Assembly (NCBI GenBank): GCA_950097015.1
Contig: CATNEN010000038.1
Location: 22,444,001 to 22,508,000, forward strand
Reading direction: 5' to 3'
DNA from: Macrostomum hystrix
Lineage: Eukaryota; Animalia; Platyhelminthes
DNA length: 64,000 nucleotides
Positions 11,150 through 23,663 of the stretch are shown here, piece by piece (the first letter of the stretch is position 1; each line of letters opens with the position of its first letter). The translations under genes were made by a program, and so were the position numbers. The notes below the pieces were generated by a model that worked only from the letters and a program-made list of their open reading frames with translations, was not told the origin of the DNA and ran no database searches.

Positions 11150-12096
11150 TTATTAAGCTCGAGTAGATGAATTTGAATTTCATATTCTGTGAATTAATTT
11201 ATCATAATCAATCAATAATAAAAGAAACTGTTCGTTCATTAGTTTTTGCTCTCACTAGTGGCTGATCAATTATTCATGCAGAATATGTTCAAGACTCAAA
11301 TATGTCTATCTGGTTGTCACCTCAGCCAATTTATTACAGTATCTGGGCAGACAGTCCCAAAAATGTTCTTATCATATCATAGCTCGTAGAAGCCCAGTTT
11401 CCTTAGACGATTCTGTCTGAATTTTCTCTGCTTTTTGCACCCAGACTGACTGCCATTCAAGCATGCGAAAATGCGTCATAAACTGTTCTAATTACTGTTC
11501 TCAAGTATTGCTTAATAAATATATTAAAATACACTCTAACCAGAAGCATGAGTTCAATGGGTCACTCCTCATCAAATGCAGAAATTTAAAACGGAATGGA
11601 CGATGAAACCCACCTTGTGAGAGATACAATTCAGACTACTGACAACAGTAGAAAAGCAAAGACTTGGCTGCAAAACTCTCACATAACACTAAAAAGTATC
11701 GCCATAAAAATGGCAAGGTTAAAAGAGACTTCTGTGCACACTGAGAGTGGTGGGAGAGGACTGCGTGTGGCTATGGCTGACTGACGAAGGCAAACAAGCC
11801 AGAAACCGGTCTCGGTCTGCCAGCGCGAGGTTCGTTCCCCACTTTTAGTGTGTTACACACCTCATACAAGTCACCTCTACCATCACCTGCTCGAACACCT
11901 ACAAAACTCTACTGACTGTAGCGCAAATAATATTTTGTGTGCAGTTTTCCCTATTCACATTTTCAAAGCACTCGCCCTACTCAACTGTACCAAGCAAAAC
12001 TGTAAACAAACTTACTTAACAACACCTACTGATTATCAATAGCAACTGTAGTGCGTCGCGCATATGCCGTTGTTTACTAATATCTCGTATCACTAA

Positions 12097-12334
12097 ATGT
12101 ACACCTGGCTATGTACACCTGGCTATGTACACCTGGCTATGTACACCTGGCTATGTACACCTGGCTATGTACACCTGGCTATGTACACCTGGCTATGTAC
12201 ACCTGGCTATGTACACCGAGCTATGTACACCTGGCTATGTACACCTGGCTATGTACACCTGGCTATGTACACCGAGCTATGTACACCTGGCTATGTACAC
12301 CTGGCTATGTACACCCGGATATGTACACCTGGCT
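12097..12334. repeat. 14-bp minisatellite (ATGTACACCTGGCT)n
   Basis: Direct tandem copies. Confidence 0.95.
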
Positions 12335-12467
12335 GCCAGGTCCAAGTGAGCGGACTGAGGTGGGTGTCTCGCGCAGCCAAGATTATGTTATAGATTTGCG
12401 CCCACTCAGGGCCTAAGTCGGAACGTTGTTTCGACTGCCAAATTTCGGCCTCTGTCTGCGTCAAACC

Positions 12468-13026
12468 CTTCAATACTGCACCCAGCCCTTCAATACTGCA
12501 CCCAGCCCTACAATACTGCACCCAGCCCTACAATACTGCACTTATCACTTCAATACTGCACCCAGCCCTACAATACTGTACCCAGCACTACAATACTGCA
12601 CCCATCCCTACAATACTGCACCTATCCCTACAATACTGCACCCAGCCCTACAATACTGCACCTATCACTTCAATACTGCACCCAGCCCTACAATACTGCA
12701 CCCAGCCCTACAATACTGCACCCATCCCTACAATACTGCACCTATCCCTACAATACTGCACCCAGACCTACAATACTGCACCCAGCCCAACAATACTGCA
12801 CCCAGCCCTACAATACTGCACCCAGCCCTTCAATACTGCACCCAGCCCTATAATACTGCACCCAGCCCTACAATACTGCACCCAGCCCTACAATACTGCA
12901 CCTATCCCTACAATACTGCACCCAGCCCTACAATACTGCACCTATCCCTACAATACTGCACCCAGTCCTACAATACTGCACCCAGTCCTACAATACTGCA
13001 CCCAGCCCTACAATACTGCACACAGC
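12468..13026. repeat. 20-bp minisatellite (CAATACTGCACCCAGCCCTA)n
   Basis: Direct tandem copies. Confidence 0.95.
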
Positions 13027-13100
13027 CGAAATACAGACGAAACAATGCTAGCAAGCATTGTTTGGTATGTTCATGCATGTTCATGCATGTAAAATAGTTC

Positions 13101-13975
13101 ATGGGGATCAGGACCCGGTAGCTGATGGATGTGTGGCAACCATGCACGATGGGGATCAGGACCCGGTAGCTGATGGATGTGTGCCAACCATGCATGATGG
13201 GGATCAGGACCCGGTAGCTGATGGATGTGTGGCAACCATGCATGATGGGGATCAGGACCCGGTAGCTGATGGATGTGTGGCAATCCTGCATGATGGGGAT
13301 CAGGACCCGGTAGCTGATGGATGTGTGACAACCCTGCATGATGGGGATCAGGACCCGGTAGCTGATGGATGTGTGCCAACCCTGCATGATGGGGATCAGG
13401 ACCCGGTAGCTGATGGATGTGTGACAACCATGCATGATGGGGATCAGGACCCGGTAGCTGATGGATGTGTGCCAACCCTGCATGATGGGGATCAGGACCC
13501 GGTAGCTGATGGATGTGTGGCAATCCTGCATGATGGGGATCAGGACCCGGTAGCTGATGGATGTGTGGCAATCCTGCATGATGGGGATCAGGACCCGGTA
13601 GCTGATGGATGTGTGGCAATCCTGCATGATGGGGATCAGGACCCGGTAGCTGATGGATGTGTGGCAACCATGCATGATGGGGATCAGGACCCGGTAGCTG
13701 ATGGATGTGTGGCAACCATGCATGATGGGGATCAGGACCCGGTAGCTGATGGATGTGTGGCAACCATGCATGATGGAGATCAGGACCCGGTAGCTGATGG
13801 ATGTGTGCCAACCCTGCATGATGGGGATCAGGACCCGGTAGCTGATGGATGTGTGGCAATCCATCTCGATGGGGATCAGGACCCGGTAGCTGATGAATGT
13901 TTGGCAATCCATCTCGATGGGGATCAGGACCCGGTAGCTGATGGATGTGTGGCAATCCATCTCGATGGGGATCAG
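13101..13975. repeat. 48-bp minisatellite (GGGGATCAGGACCCGGTAGCTGATGGATGTGTGGCAACCATGCATGAT)n, ~18 copies
   Basis: Direct tandem copies; explains the repetitive ORFs on both strands. Confidence 0.95.
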
Positions 13976-14489
13976 TTGCGAGGATTCTGTTTGGGATCTT
14001 GCCATGAGATATAGTTCAATAAGCCATAAAAGAACCAAGCAATTTGATATGGGCAACTGAACCGCAGAAGAGTACAGCTAACACTGAAGGATGAGAAGTT
14101 GTAGAATTAGGTTGAAACGTGCGCCTTACAGGACAATAATATAAGTATGCGCATCGTTTAATGGCTTTAAAATATATTTATCATTAAAAAATAGGGCAAC
14201 AAACTGTGAAATGCCTACGGTGTGGTGTACACAATGTAATATAGCGTAAAATACTGTCGAATAACAAGAGTGCTTCTCAAGATATGCAATAAGAAGCCCA
14301 GGATACGCGCTAACCTGCGTAATGTTTTAATTGAAGAAAAATTAATTAATAATAAAGGATCTACTGTTAGTACTATAGTGCATGCATCAAACCTTCAAAA
14401 TTATTGCATACACAAGACAATCGGATATTCATTACTGAGTTTTAAACAAGAAATTTTTTTCTCAGGCGTCAAGTCTGTCAACCAACCAA

Positions 14490-14700
14490 TTCTCACGGAA
14501 CACAAACAAAGCCTTTCGCCTGTCCTTTGTGGAGACACAGTCCTTGTGATGACTGGTCAAGGACTAGCATTCGAACAAAGAGGCATACAAAGACGCCACA
14601 GCTGTAGCCGCCCTTCTGTCGAGTATGCACAATTGAATCTATAACTCAATGTCTCGCCGTTGTCAAATGTTCGACCTTTCTCATCTGTACTTGCACCTGT
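14490..14700 (-). pseudogene. Possible relic of a Ulp1/C48-like protease domain
   Basis: Minus frame reads RH*VIDSIVHTRQKGGYSCGVFVCLFVRML, resembling the Q-x4-(D/S)CG(V)F catalytic Cys motif, with TGA where Trp is typical. Confidence 0.35.
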
Positions 14701-15778
14701 GCTTGTAAAAAGACTGTAACATTAGGAAATTTGAGAATTGGTTAAAATGCACAATCGGCAGGTGCATGCAGGTACGACGAATCGATTCCAAATTTGATGC
14801 TCACTGATCACTCTTCGAAGGCTGTAAATTTTCCTGTGATTTGGTGGTCAGGGCCACAGTATGCCATATTTCGAAAGTAAATCTGAAAATGAAACGGGGA
14901 ACCGTTACATTTAACTCACTTGCACCTGCCTGTAACCGTAACATTCGATTCAAATTGCAAGCATCTTTGTAAATATAAAGTGATCTCTTTTTCTTTCTCT
15001 CTTTAAGTTTTTGTACTTCAGGGGACCCACGTTGTATGCGAATACGCAATAAGAATTGCTGCAATTGGTGGCACATTGGTGATGGTGAAATATTAAGTGA
15101 ACTGCCAATACTAACGAAGCTGAAAACATACAATGATTGGAATACACACGATAATAAACACGATTTTCCTGGCTCATATATACTCGTATATTTAAGGTTG
15201 ATATTTTACGGGATGATGTGCAAAAATTGTTCCTAATTATGAAAGATGGTGTAAGGGTAGTTTAGTATTTATACTTATGCGCAGTATTAACTTTTACTTC
15301 CAGGCTGAATTAAAAAATTCAGACAGTGCTACGGTTTAGTTTGATACTAGAACTATAGCTAAGTGAATTTAGTTATTAAAGCAAATGCGAGAAACATGGA
15401 TGATAGGGCGTGTCAGATCAACTATCCTTGCAAACAACTATACTAAATTTACAAGCTACATATGGAGACACTTCTTAATCCACTTGCTCATATGCATACG
15501 AGCTAACTTAGAAATGTTAGGCGTTGATTATTTTATTTCGATACTTGTTTTACCAAGTGGCTTTTTAATACTCTATTTTGACTACTAAATTAAAAAACAA
15601 GTAGTAGTACTAGTTGGACATCGACACTCTGAAGTTATTAATCTGCTTGATGCATACCATTTGCATGTACATGTGCATGCGTAAACCCGCACTCGGGCCC
15701 TATAAATACCAACCTGAAGTAAAATATCTGAAGTGGAAAAATAGCTCCCCTGCATGTGTATTGTTCATCCATAGAATC

Positions 15779-18700
15779 ATGGACAATGCCACTAGTGACA
15801 ATGCGCCGGGCAAAACAACAGACGGCGTTGATTGGACTCGGCTGGAGGAGCTGCTGGCCAGCGGGCGGGCCACGGCTGACGCTGTGCACGACGCCCACAC
15901 CGGGCACCGGTTCGTGCATGCTGCAGTGTGCCGCCACGACCCACAGGTGAGTGACGTCCGATTCTGTTTCCTAGAAAAGCTCTGTGGAAATTCGATTCTA
16001 CCGTTGGTAGGCAATACTATAGGCCACATTCATTCGAACAAATGAGACGTCTCAGAGAAAGTTGAGTGGCAGAGCGGTTCGCACCAAGGTCCCTGAGCTC
16101 GAATCCGCTGCCGATGTCATGTCACTAAGCACCTTAAGAGCCCAAAGCGCAGGGAAAGTATACACCTGTTTGACGATGATAAAGTCAAAGGGGTCAGCGG
16201 AATGAGCAAAACTGCCTCACGCTCATGGCGTACCTGCATGCGTGTCTATATGTGCTCATTATGTGTAACCAATCACCAATAACCTTACAAGGCGCTAGAA
16301 ACACTCCTACGACATGGCGCCGACGTGAATGCCAGAACCGAGTTAGAAGGCCAGACGCCATTGCACCTGTGCATCGAGCATGGCTGTCATGATTGCCTTC
16401 GGCTGCTTCTAAGCGCTGGACGAGCCGATCCAAATGCGGCGAATCGAGCCGACGAGACACCGATGCACATCGCCGCTGGATCATCAGCTTCAGGGAGTGC
16501 CACTTCGGCTATACGCGAGCTTCTGGCATGCGGAGCTGACTGCAACCGGCTGGACAGTTTCGGTGACAACCCGCTGCACAGAGCCTGCCTGGCCCAGAAC
16601 GCACCCGCCGTGGCCCTTCTGCTGACAGCTCGGCCGCAGCTGGTTAACTCGCCAACCGGAGGAGATCAGCAGCTCACCTGCCTTCACATGGCCGCTAATG
16701 CTGAGAATGCTGAACTATTTGCACTGCTGTTGTGCCACGGAGCTGACTTCCTCGCGGTGGACTCTCGCGGGCGCAGCGCGGTAGATCTACTGCTCGACAA
16801 GCAAGATACCACCGGTATTGACTGTCTCGGGAGGCATTTGTTTGAAAAGGTAAGCTTTGACTGTCAGTTGAACTGAAATATTGGTCATGACAGCGTGATA
16901 ATAAAATTGGGCGTCGCATCCAGGTTCGATACTTTCGCCACGGCGAGTCAATCCAAGCTCTGTTGGACACTCCGGAAGCGGCCATCTACCTCGAACAGCT
17001 GCTGCGCATCGATGGTGTCTGCGATCCAACAGCGGCATCCGCAATGCAGCCAGCAGAGAGGGCTCAGGCGCAGGCGACCGAGTTGGCTGAACTTCGTCTC
17101 CTAGTGGCTTATAGAAAGTTGGACGCAGAGCGACTGGTGGTGGCACTCGAGGCCGCTTACGAGGCTGGCCTGGCGGACGCACTCGACACGGATTCAGCGC
17201 ACGCCGAACTAACTCGACGCTTAGTTGAAAAGACGGTGCACCTGGTGCTGCTGCCTCAGGAGGCCGACTTACTTGGCCGTCTGCTGGCCTGTCGTCGGTT
17301 GTGGCGTTGCCTGGCCTGGCGCATGCAAGCTGACGTCAGACGCCTGTACGATTGCGCTCTGCGCGGGAGCAAGGCCGGCATTCGACAAATTCTGAGACGC
17401 GAATGCAGCCTCGATGATGCCAATCCTGACGGCAGCAGAGGCGGTATCGATCTAAATAAGCTCAACGTTTTCCTGGCGGAAGCGACTACTTATTGGCAGT
17501 TTAAGCGTCGCAAACTTCAACTTGTCAACGGACCGCGCGCTGCCATGAGAGATCCCCTGCAGTCGCTGGCGCTTTGGGCCACTCTGACGGGGCGGCTGCG
17601 ACTGGTGCCCACTCTGCTGAGCCAGGAGGAGTTTGACCTGGTGCCACTGTCGCTACTGATTGCAACGCTGCTTCGTTCGCTGGGCACGCGACGCGACGTC
17701 GAAGATGTTTTTTCGGACCGGGCAGACAAAGTTGCCGCCCAGTGCGAGGGCATGGCCATTCAGATTGTCAAGGAGGTCAAGGAAGTCGACAACTCCTACG
17801 GAAACAACCTCACTATTGCCTATGTGAGCTTGCCGCTGCCCAACTTCGCAAATTACACCGTACTGGACCTTGCTGCCAGAGGCGGAGCTAGTAGCTTCAT
17901 CAAGCTTGACATTGTCGAGCTAGCCACCGACAAAAGCTGGTACGGTGATTTCTTTGACTTCCGTCAGACACTGGCTAGAGAGGCGCTGATACTGTGTGGC
18001 TTCATACCGCCGCTCATGCTGCTACTGCCAATCTTGGTTCAACGCTTGCGAAATCCTGAAAGCAGGCGCTTCCTGGAGACTGTGACAGAAGCTTCGGTCA
18101 CCGCCTGCGAGGGCGAGGAAGAAGAGCATTTGGAGACCGAGAGCAACGAAGCGGCGAGGGCGACTCGACTAGCCCTGGCTCTGACGGGTAGGAATCGAGT
18201 TGCTTGGAGCCTACAAAGTAGAAAGAACACGGGTTCTTTTATTCAACCAATCGCCAAGAACACGGGTTCTTTTATTCAACCAATCGCCAAGAACACGGTC
18301 TAAAATTTTCCGCTCTATCCGATTAAGCAAATTCCAGAATCACAAAACATCGGCATCGTCGAGATATTCAACGATTCTCGTCGGCGTGTCTGATGGCAAA
18401 AACTACAAAATCGGCAAAGATTTCTACTCACAAAGTTTTATCATGTAATCATGTCGCCTACTATTGTTGACTAGATTGTATCGATTATATTGTTATTAAA
18501 AGACTATTGAACCGATATGGGTTCGCCGAAAAGGCTTATACAAAGTAATGTTATTTGTCCTTGGGACCAGGGTTAGTCTGGAATTTGCTTGTCTTCGACA
18601 AGAGTCGCTGAATATGCTAGACAATGCTAGCTCGTACGGCTTTGAAAATTCGTTTATCGTAAAGGGTGAAAAAATTGATTCAGATTGTGAACTTTTGCAA

Positions 18701-21153
18701 AAATTGGTCATCTGGTTTTGGAGCTATTGTGGATTAGGCAGTGGGTATTTGAAATATGGTCTATGGACTTTCCCCTCCTGGGAAAAATAGCTGCTGTCTG
18801 CTGTTACAAATTTTTGTCCGTAAAAATTGTATTTATGTATTATAAGCTACAAAGGAGCATCTAGCTCTGTGGTAAGAGCTTCTTACTTCGTCCCTAAAGG
18901 TCGGGAGTTCGATTCTCAGCCCAAAGGTAAGTATTTTGTGTCATTGAGTTGAGGATTTTCCTTTATTCATAGTAGGTAGAAATTTAGGTTAGTATATGGC
19001 TGTAACCTGTACACAGGAAGATTTTTGTCAGATAGAGCGGAAAATTTTAGCCCGTGTTCTGGATTTTCATATCGATTTGTTGAATATTTTTCGAGATGCG
19101 AAAAATAAAAGCATGATACCCCCGTGGTGCTTTTACTACTTCAGTATTAACGCCCAAATTTCTATAGGTGACGGTGAGAAGGATCGCAGGGTCGATATGT
19201 TAAGCGCATCAGCTGCGGAGTCTATGCCAGCGCAACCAGGCGGCGGTAGAATGACACTGCGCGAGTTCTTCACAGAACTGCTGGAGTTCTACAGCACCCC
19301 ATGCGTCAAGTTCCGCATCAGTGTACTTTTCTACTTCGCCTTTGTCGGCATGCTGTCTGTGATGATTCTATCCGACTTTGAAGGGCCATCTAGCCCAATA
19401 GAGCTAATCTGCTACTTCACCATCTTGGGCATCTTTATTGAGGAGGTTCGCGAGATGATCTTCTGCAAACAGCAGGAAAATCTCAGCGCCTATCTAACTG
19501 ACGGCTGGAATGTCATCGACCTCATCGCCACCCTCTGCGGCTTCCTGGCCTTTGTGGCACGTCGGATTAGTTCAAAGAAGATCGACTTTATCGCGATGAT
19601 TTCCGACGGCGGGCACGAACGAAAAAGCCGCGACCTCAGCTACATTTTCATCGTCATTACAACACTGATCGTGTGGATTCGTATCCTGTTTATCTCCATT
19701 GTGCTGGAATCTGTTGGTGTCAAGCTCAAGATGTTGTCGTTGATGATCAAGAAGGACTTCATACCGTTCCTGTACATTCTTGTTGTCATCATGCTGGGCT
19801 TCGGCATCGCTTTTCACGCACTACTTTGGCCCAACGGTCAGTACTATCCAACAGGAAAAGCCAAACCAGTCAACATTGACCCGCCCGACATTCTGATCCA
19901 GATGTTCAAGAGGACCTTCTATACTATCGTTGGTAAGGGGTGTTGATTGGCAGAGCGGTCTCTTGCACAATATGTCCCTGAGCTCGATTCCGCTCAGAGG
20001 CCAATTTTGGACGCAGCTTGGGGGCTTGTCGTGCAATTTACGCCCTCACGGGCCAACCTCCTAGGCGCGGTGAAAGTGTACACTGGACTGACGATGAGAA
20101 AGTCATGGCAGATGTACACACGTCTGCGTGTGTGCTCAAAAGTCAAAGTAATGGGTAGAAATGCCTCTGTGCTGGCTGCGGGTCTAGTGTCACCAAATGA
20201 TGCGATATACCCACTACTCGTAAGGCGTAGATGAATAGATTTCAATTTTGTCGTATCACAAGAATTATAGCTACGCATTTCTTATAACCTCAAACTACTG
20301 AACAGGCGAGTATGGCCTTGATGAACTGGAAAACGAGTGCCTGATGCACGACCCCAAGTCTGCGACGGCCGCATTAAAGGCTGTGGCAACGACTGTTGCT
20401 TCGATGAATGCCACCGCTGGCTACTTCGATAGCGAGGAAGCTGAACTTGCCGAGGAGACCGCAGACGACAGCGACAAGTGCGTCTCCTTCCCCGGCAGCG
20501 TTCTTGTGCCATACGTGCTAATGGTCATCTACATAGTCATCGTGCAGGTACTGCTACTAAACGTAATTGTGGCCATGTTCAGCAAGACCATCGACATGGT
20601 TGACTCTGAGTCCAAGGCTATGTGGCTGTTTGAGCGCTACGATCTCAATCGAGAGTTTGTGAAACGCTCGGCTCTACCGGCACCACTAAACATAATTTTA
20701 GAAGCGCGCAACTTCATTCTCTGGATCATGTCCAATGTTATCTGGTTGTTGCGCAAATCCTGCTCCCGTTCGGGACAATCAACAGATCAGCAGCAGCAGC
20801 AGCAGCAGCAGCAGCATCATCACCAGAAGAAGAGCCAGTGGAGTTCAAACGATTCGGAAGTAAAGCGTCGGAACTTCGACAATTTCGTCTATCTATTCTA
20901 CTTGTACTATCAGGCCGTCACGCTGCGCCGGCTGCGGCCAAATCTCGACGGCTTCCAAGCCGACGAGAGCGAGCTCAGCAACGAGGGCATCCTGCTGCTT
21001 CGTCAGGTTGGCGAACTGCGCCGGGTGCAGGCCGACCTGCGCAACTACCTGGAGTCGCAGCACAGCGAGCTCAGCCAGGTCAGCCAGAAACTGGATCGAC
21101 TGCTCGTTATCGGTGGAGCTGACGGTGGCAGCAGCGGTGGTGGCACTGACTGA
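15779..21153 (+). CDS. TRP cation channel, TRPM/TRPS-like membrane region with N-terminal ankyrin repeats; 5 exons, 1200 aa
   Basis: Exons 15779-15946, 16292-16849, 16924-18187, 19168-19932, 20306-21153 (phases 0,0,1,1; 3603 nt). ANK motifs GQTPLH, ETPMH, GDNPLH, TCLH; MHR4-like LALWATLTGR; pre-S1 FYSTPCVKF; S2/S3 EEVRE/WNVID; pore FYTIVGE; S6 LLNVIVAMFS; TRP box WLFERY..LPAP; C-terminal coiled coil. Confidence 0.92.
16066..16112 (+). mobile_element. tRNA-derived SINE family A, 5' fragment
   Basis: GTGGCAGAGCGG..GCACCAAGGTCCCTGAGCTCGAATCC matches the other copies. Confidence 0.7.
18854..18925 (+). pseudogene. tRNA-derived fragment (SINE head or tRNA pseudogene) in TRP intron 3
   Basis: A-box TAGCTCTGTGG and B-box GAGTTCGATTC, but no intact acceptor/anticodon stems. 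Confidence 0.55.
19946..20205 (+). mobile_element. tRNA-derived SINE family A
   Basis: A-box TGGCAGAGCGG, B-box GAGCTCGATTCC, shared body and 3' GCTGGCTGCGGGTCTAGTGTCACCAAATGAT. Confidence 0.8.
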
Positions 21154-22347
21154 TGCTTTGAGTTAGAGTTGTGTTACTTATGCTTGCTTACCCGAAGCTC
21201 TGGGTGACATTTTGTTAGCCGAATTTACATCAAATATAGTTACTTATATAACTACACGGGAGTATTTCAAATACCCACTGCATAAATCACGATAATTCAC
21301 GAGAATCGTTGAATATCTCGACGATGCCGATGTTTTGTGATACTGAAATTTGGCTCATCGGATAGAGAGGAAAATTTTTGACCTCCGTTTTCTGCATTTT
21401 TATGGCGATTAATTGAATATTTTGGGAGTTACAGAAAACAGAAAAATATGGGTATTTTGAATTCCCCCGTTGTCTGTTTATTTACTGTTAAAAAACTAAT
21501 GCTAGACATACTCGTACGTACTAGAGCCTTCACGTGCCCTCAATAATAATAATAAATGATTTTAATCAAATAGTTTGTATTTAGCCAGAAATTTCTTCCA
21601 CAACCCTGTTCCTGAATTTCGCTTCAATATTAGAATAATTTTGCTGTTCAACCCTTGCCATACAGGCAATTTTATAAACCGGTCACTTTTTAGTTTTATC
21701 CTTAAGGCCAATACCTTTGCAAAAGTTACTGCCTCTGTGCAGTACAAAATAAAGTATTAATAAAATAGATGAAACAGCGTCACTTATCCGCTAGGTAAAA
21801 TTATAATTAGCAACTTGTTGCACTTTTTTGTTGAACATTGCGATCATGGGTTTGCGTTTTAGCTAAAAGAATTTATGGAAAATCGATTCTATGATAAAGA
21901 TCACACGACCATACGAAGCTGTTTCCAAGCTAAAATTTAATTCCAAACATGTACTTTATCTTACACATGGACAGTGTTGCAAAAACACAAGCCAGCAGAT
22001 GGCTTGAAAGCCACTAAGCCGGTTGTGCAATTAATCTTTGCCACAGCTGGCCTTCCCTGGTCGGACCGACTGCAAAACGAACACTAGTAGTTTCTGCTTG
22101 ATGGAGCAGAAGGTTTTCCATACCACGATGGAGAGATGAAAGAAGTATAGGCAAGTTCCGCGCGCACCTCCGCTTTGTCGGTAGTTTATTTTTCATCTTC
22201 TCCGCCGCCTCTGCCTCCCTGTCTCTCCGTCGGTGTCAACGCGATGCTGCAGAAACTAGTCGCTTTGATTGAAGACTGCAGCGATAGGCTTGCCCTGTAA
22301 GATCGTTGTGCGACTTAGTTTGGCCACGTCTGGCTGTAGTTTGGCGG

Positions 22348-22590
22348 GATGGCAGAGCCGCTTTGCCTCTTGCACCAAGGTCCCTGAGCTCGATTCTGCG
22401 GCGAGGCCACATTCATTTGGGGCGCAGCCGCGGAGAGAAGGCTTTTGGGCTTGTCGCGCAGTGTACGCCCTTGAGGGACAACCTCCAATGCACAACTGAG
22501 AGTGTACACTGCCTGACCATGAGAAGGTCAGGACTGTTGTACATCCCTGTGAGTGTGTGCTCAGGAGTCAGCGGAATCGTCAATGTCACC
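22348..22590 (+). mobile_element. tRNA-derived SINE family A
   Basis: Shared head and GGCCACATTCATTTGGGGCGCAGCCGCGGAGAGAAGGC body. Confidence 0.8.
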
Positions 22591-23663
22591 GATGTCCCAG
22601 CTCCTCGCCAATAGGCAATAGTATAATAATGGAATATTAATTACTTATCACTTCCAGCTTATTCAGTGCGTGTCTGTGAATGACTACAAGCTTTAATAGA
22701 TTAGTTTGATCGAACGACTTAAATTTTCTGTTTCACTGAAATATATTTACCTCAATATTTGACTTTGTCGGTTTCCTTGTCTCAAATTCTCGTCGACTAT
22801 GAAAATAGGCATAATTTTCTTGCATCCTTTTTTCGGTTAGTACAATGTACTCAATTGTTCTTTAGAAACATTTTGGCAACAACCGCCATTTTGTTCCGTT
22901 TTATTCAAAGTGTTACTTTGCTACTTTGTGGTTAGTTTTTTCCTCAGAGTAATAAGATGTCATACAAAACATCTGTAGATTTGTCCATTTTACAAGCGTA
23001 AAAGGTACCTTCAAATTTCATATCCAATTTCATACCTTTAAGTAGAGCCAGCCAGCTGTTGCTAAACTTGCAAGTATCGGATTGTAAATTAACCGATCCG
23101 GATTCGAAACTGAACTGCTGGTCATCCGCGTTCCTCTATTTCCTGGAAAGGTTAGGGTACACCTCTCTAGGCCCCCAGTCTCTGACATGTTCCGTCATAA
23201 ATTGTGCGCCCTATATTCTTTCGAACAATATCCAGCTCGGAATCGGAATGAAACCCGCTGTCAGAGACAATCAGCGCAGGCTATGAATCCTTCTTTTTGT
23301 TGCGAGCGTTTTTGAAGGATCGCTTTTGTACTACTAATTTAACTTTAGAACTTTATTTTGTTTATTCAAGGTGATTGTCTCGGGGGTTGAGACAAAAGTA
23401 CACAAAGTTTGAATATAAAGTTTATCGAAAGCAGAGTTTGGAGAATAACACAAGGCACGAAAAGATCTAAACTTATACCACCAATACGAAGTCCAAACAC
23501 GAAGTCTTCGAAGATTGAGTAGCGACTCGAAGTTCAAACATTAAAATGATAGAGCAGGCTTAGCACAACAGATATTATAGAACATTTGATTGATTTTTAA
23601 CTACATTAAAAAAGTTAAAAAAAGTATTTTTTCTTCCAGTGAATTTTATCTATCTTACGTTTC

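Larger units (their letters stand above)
8025..11858. mobile_element. Inverted-repeat-bounded segment (putative Pack-type DNA transposon) enclosing a receptor gene
   Basis: 8025-8081 GTGTAACACACTAAAAGTGGGGGAACGAACCTCGCGCTGGCAGACCGAGACCGGTTT is the reverse complement of 11803-11858 apart from one G indel. No TSD identified. Confidence 0.6.

Noticed and set aside
13101-13975. CRISPR-like array (constant ~32 bp + variable ~16 bp)
   Set aside because: Variable parts are point variants of one sequence, not unique spacers; no cas genes; eukaryotic context.
12097-14056. Repeat-protein ORFs on both strands
   Set aside because: Stop-free frames of 14-, 20- and 48-bp tandem repeats with no coding signature.
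18854-18925. Functional tRNA genes (also 37298, 39698, 62686)
   Set aside because: A/B boxes present but no complete cloverleaf; most continue into SINE bodies.
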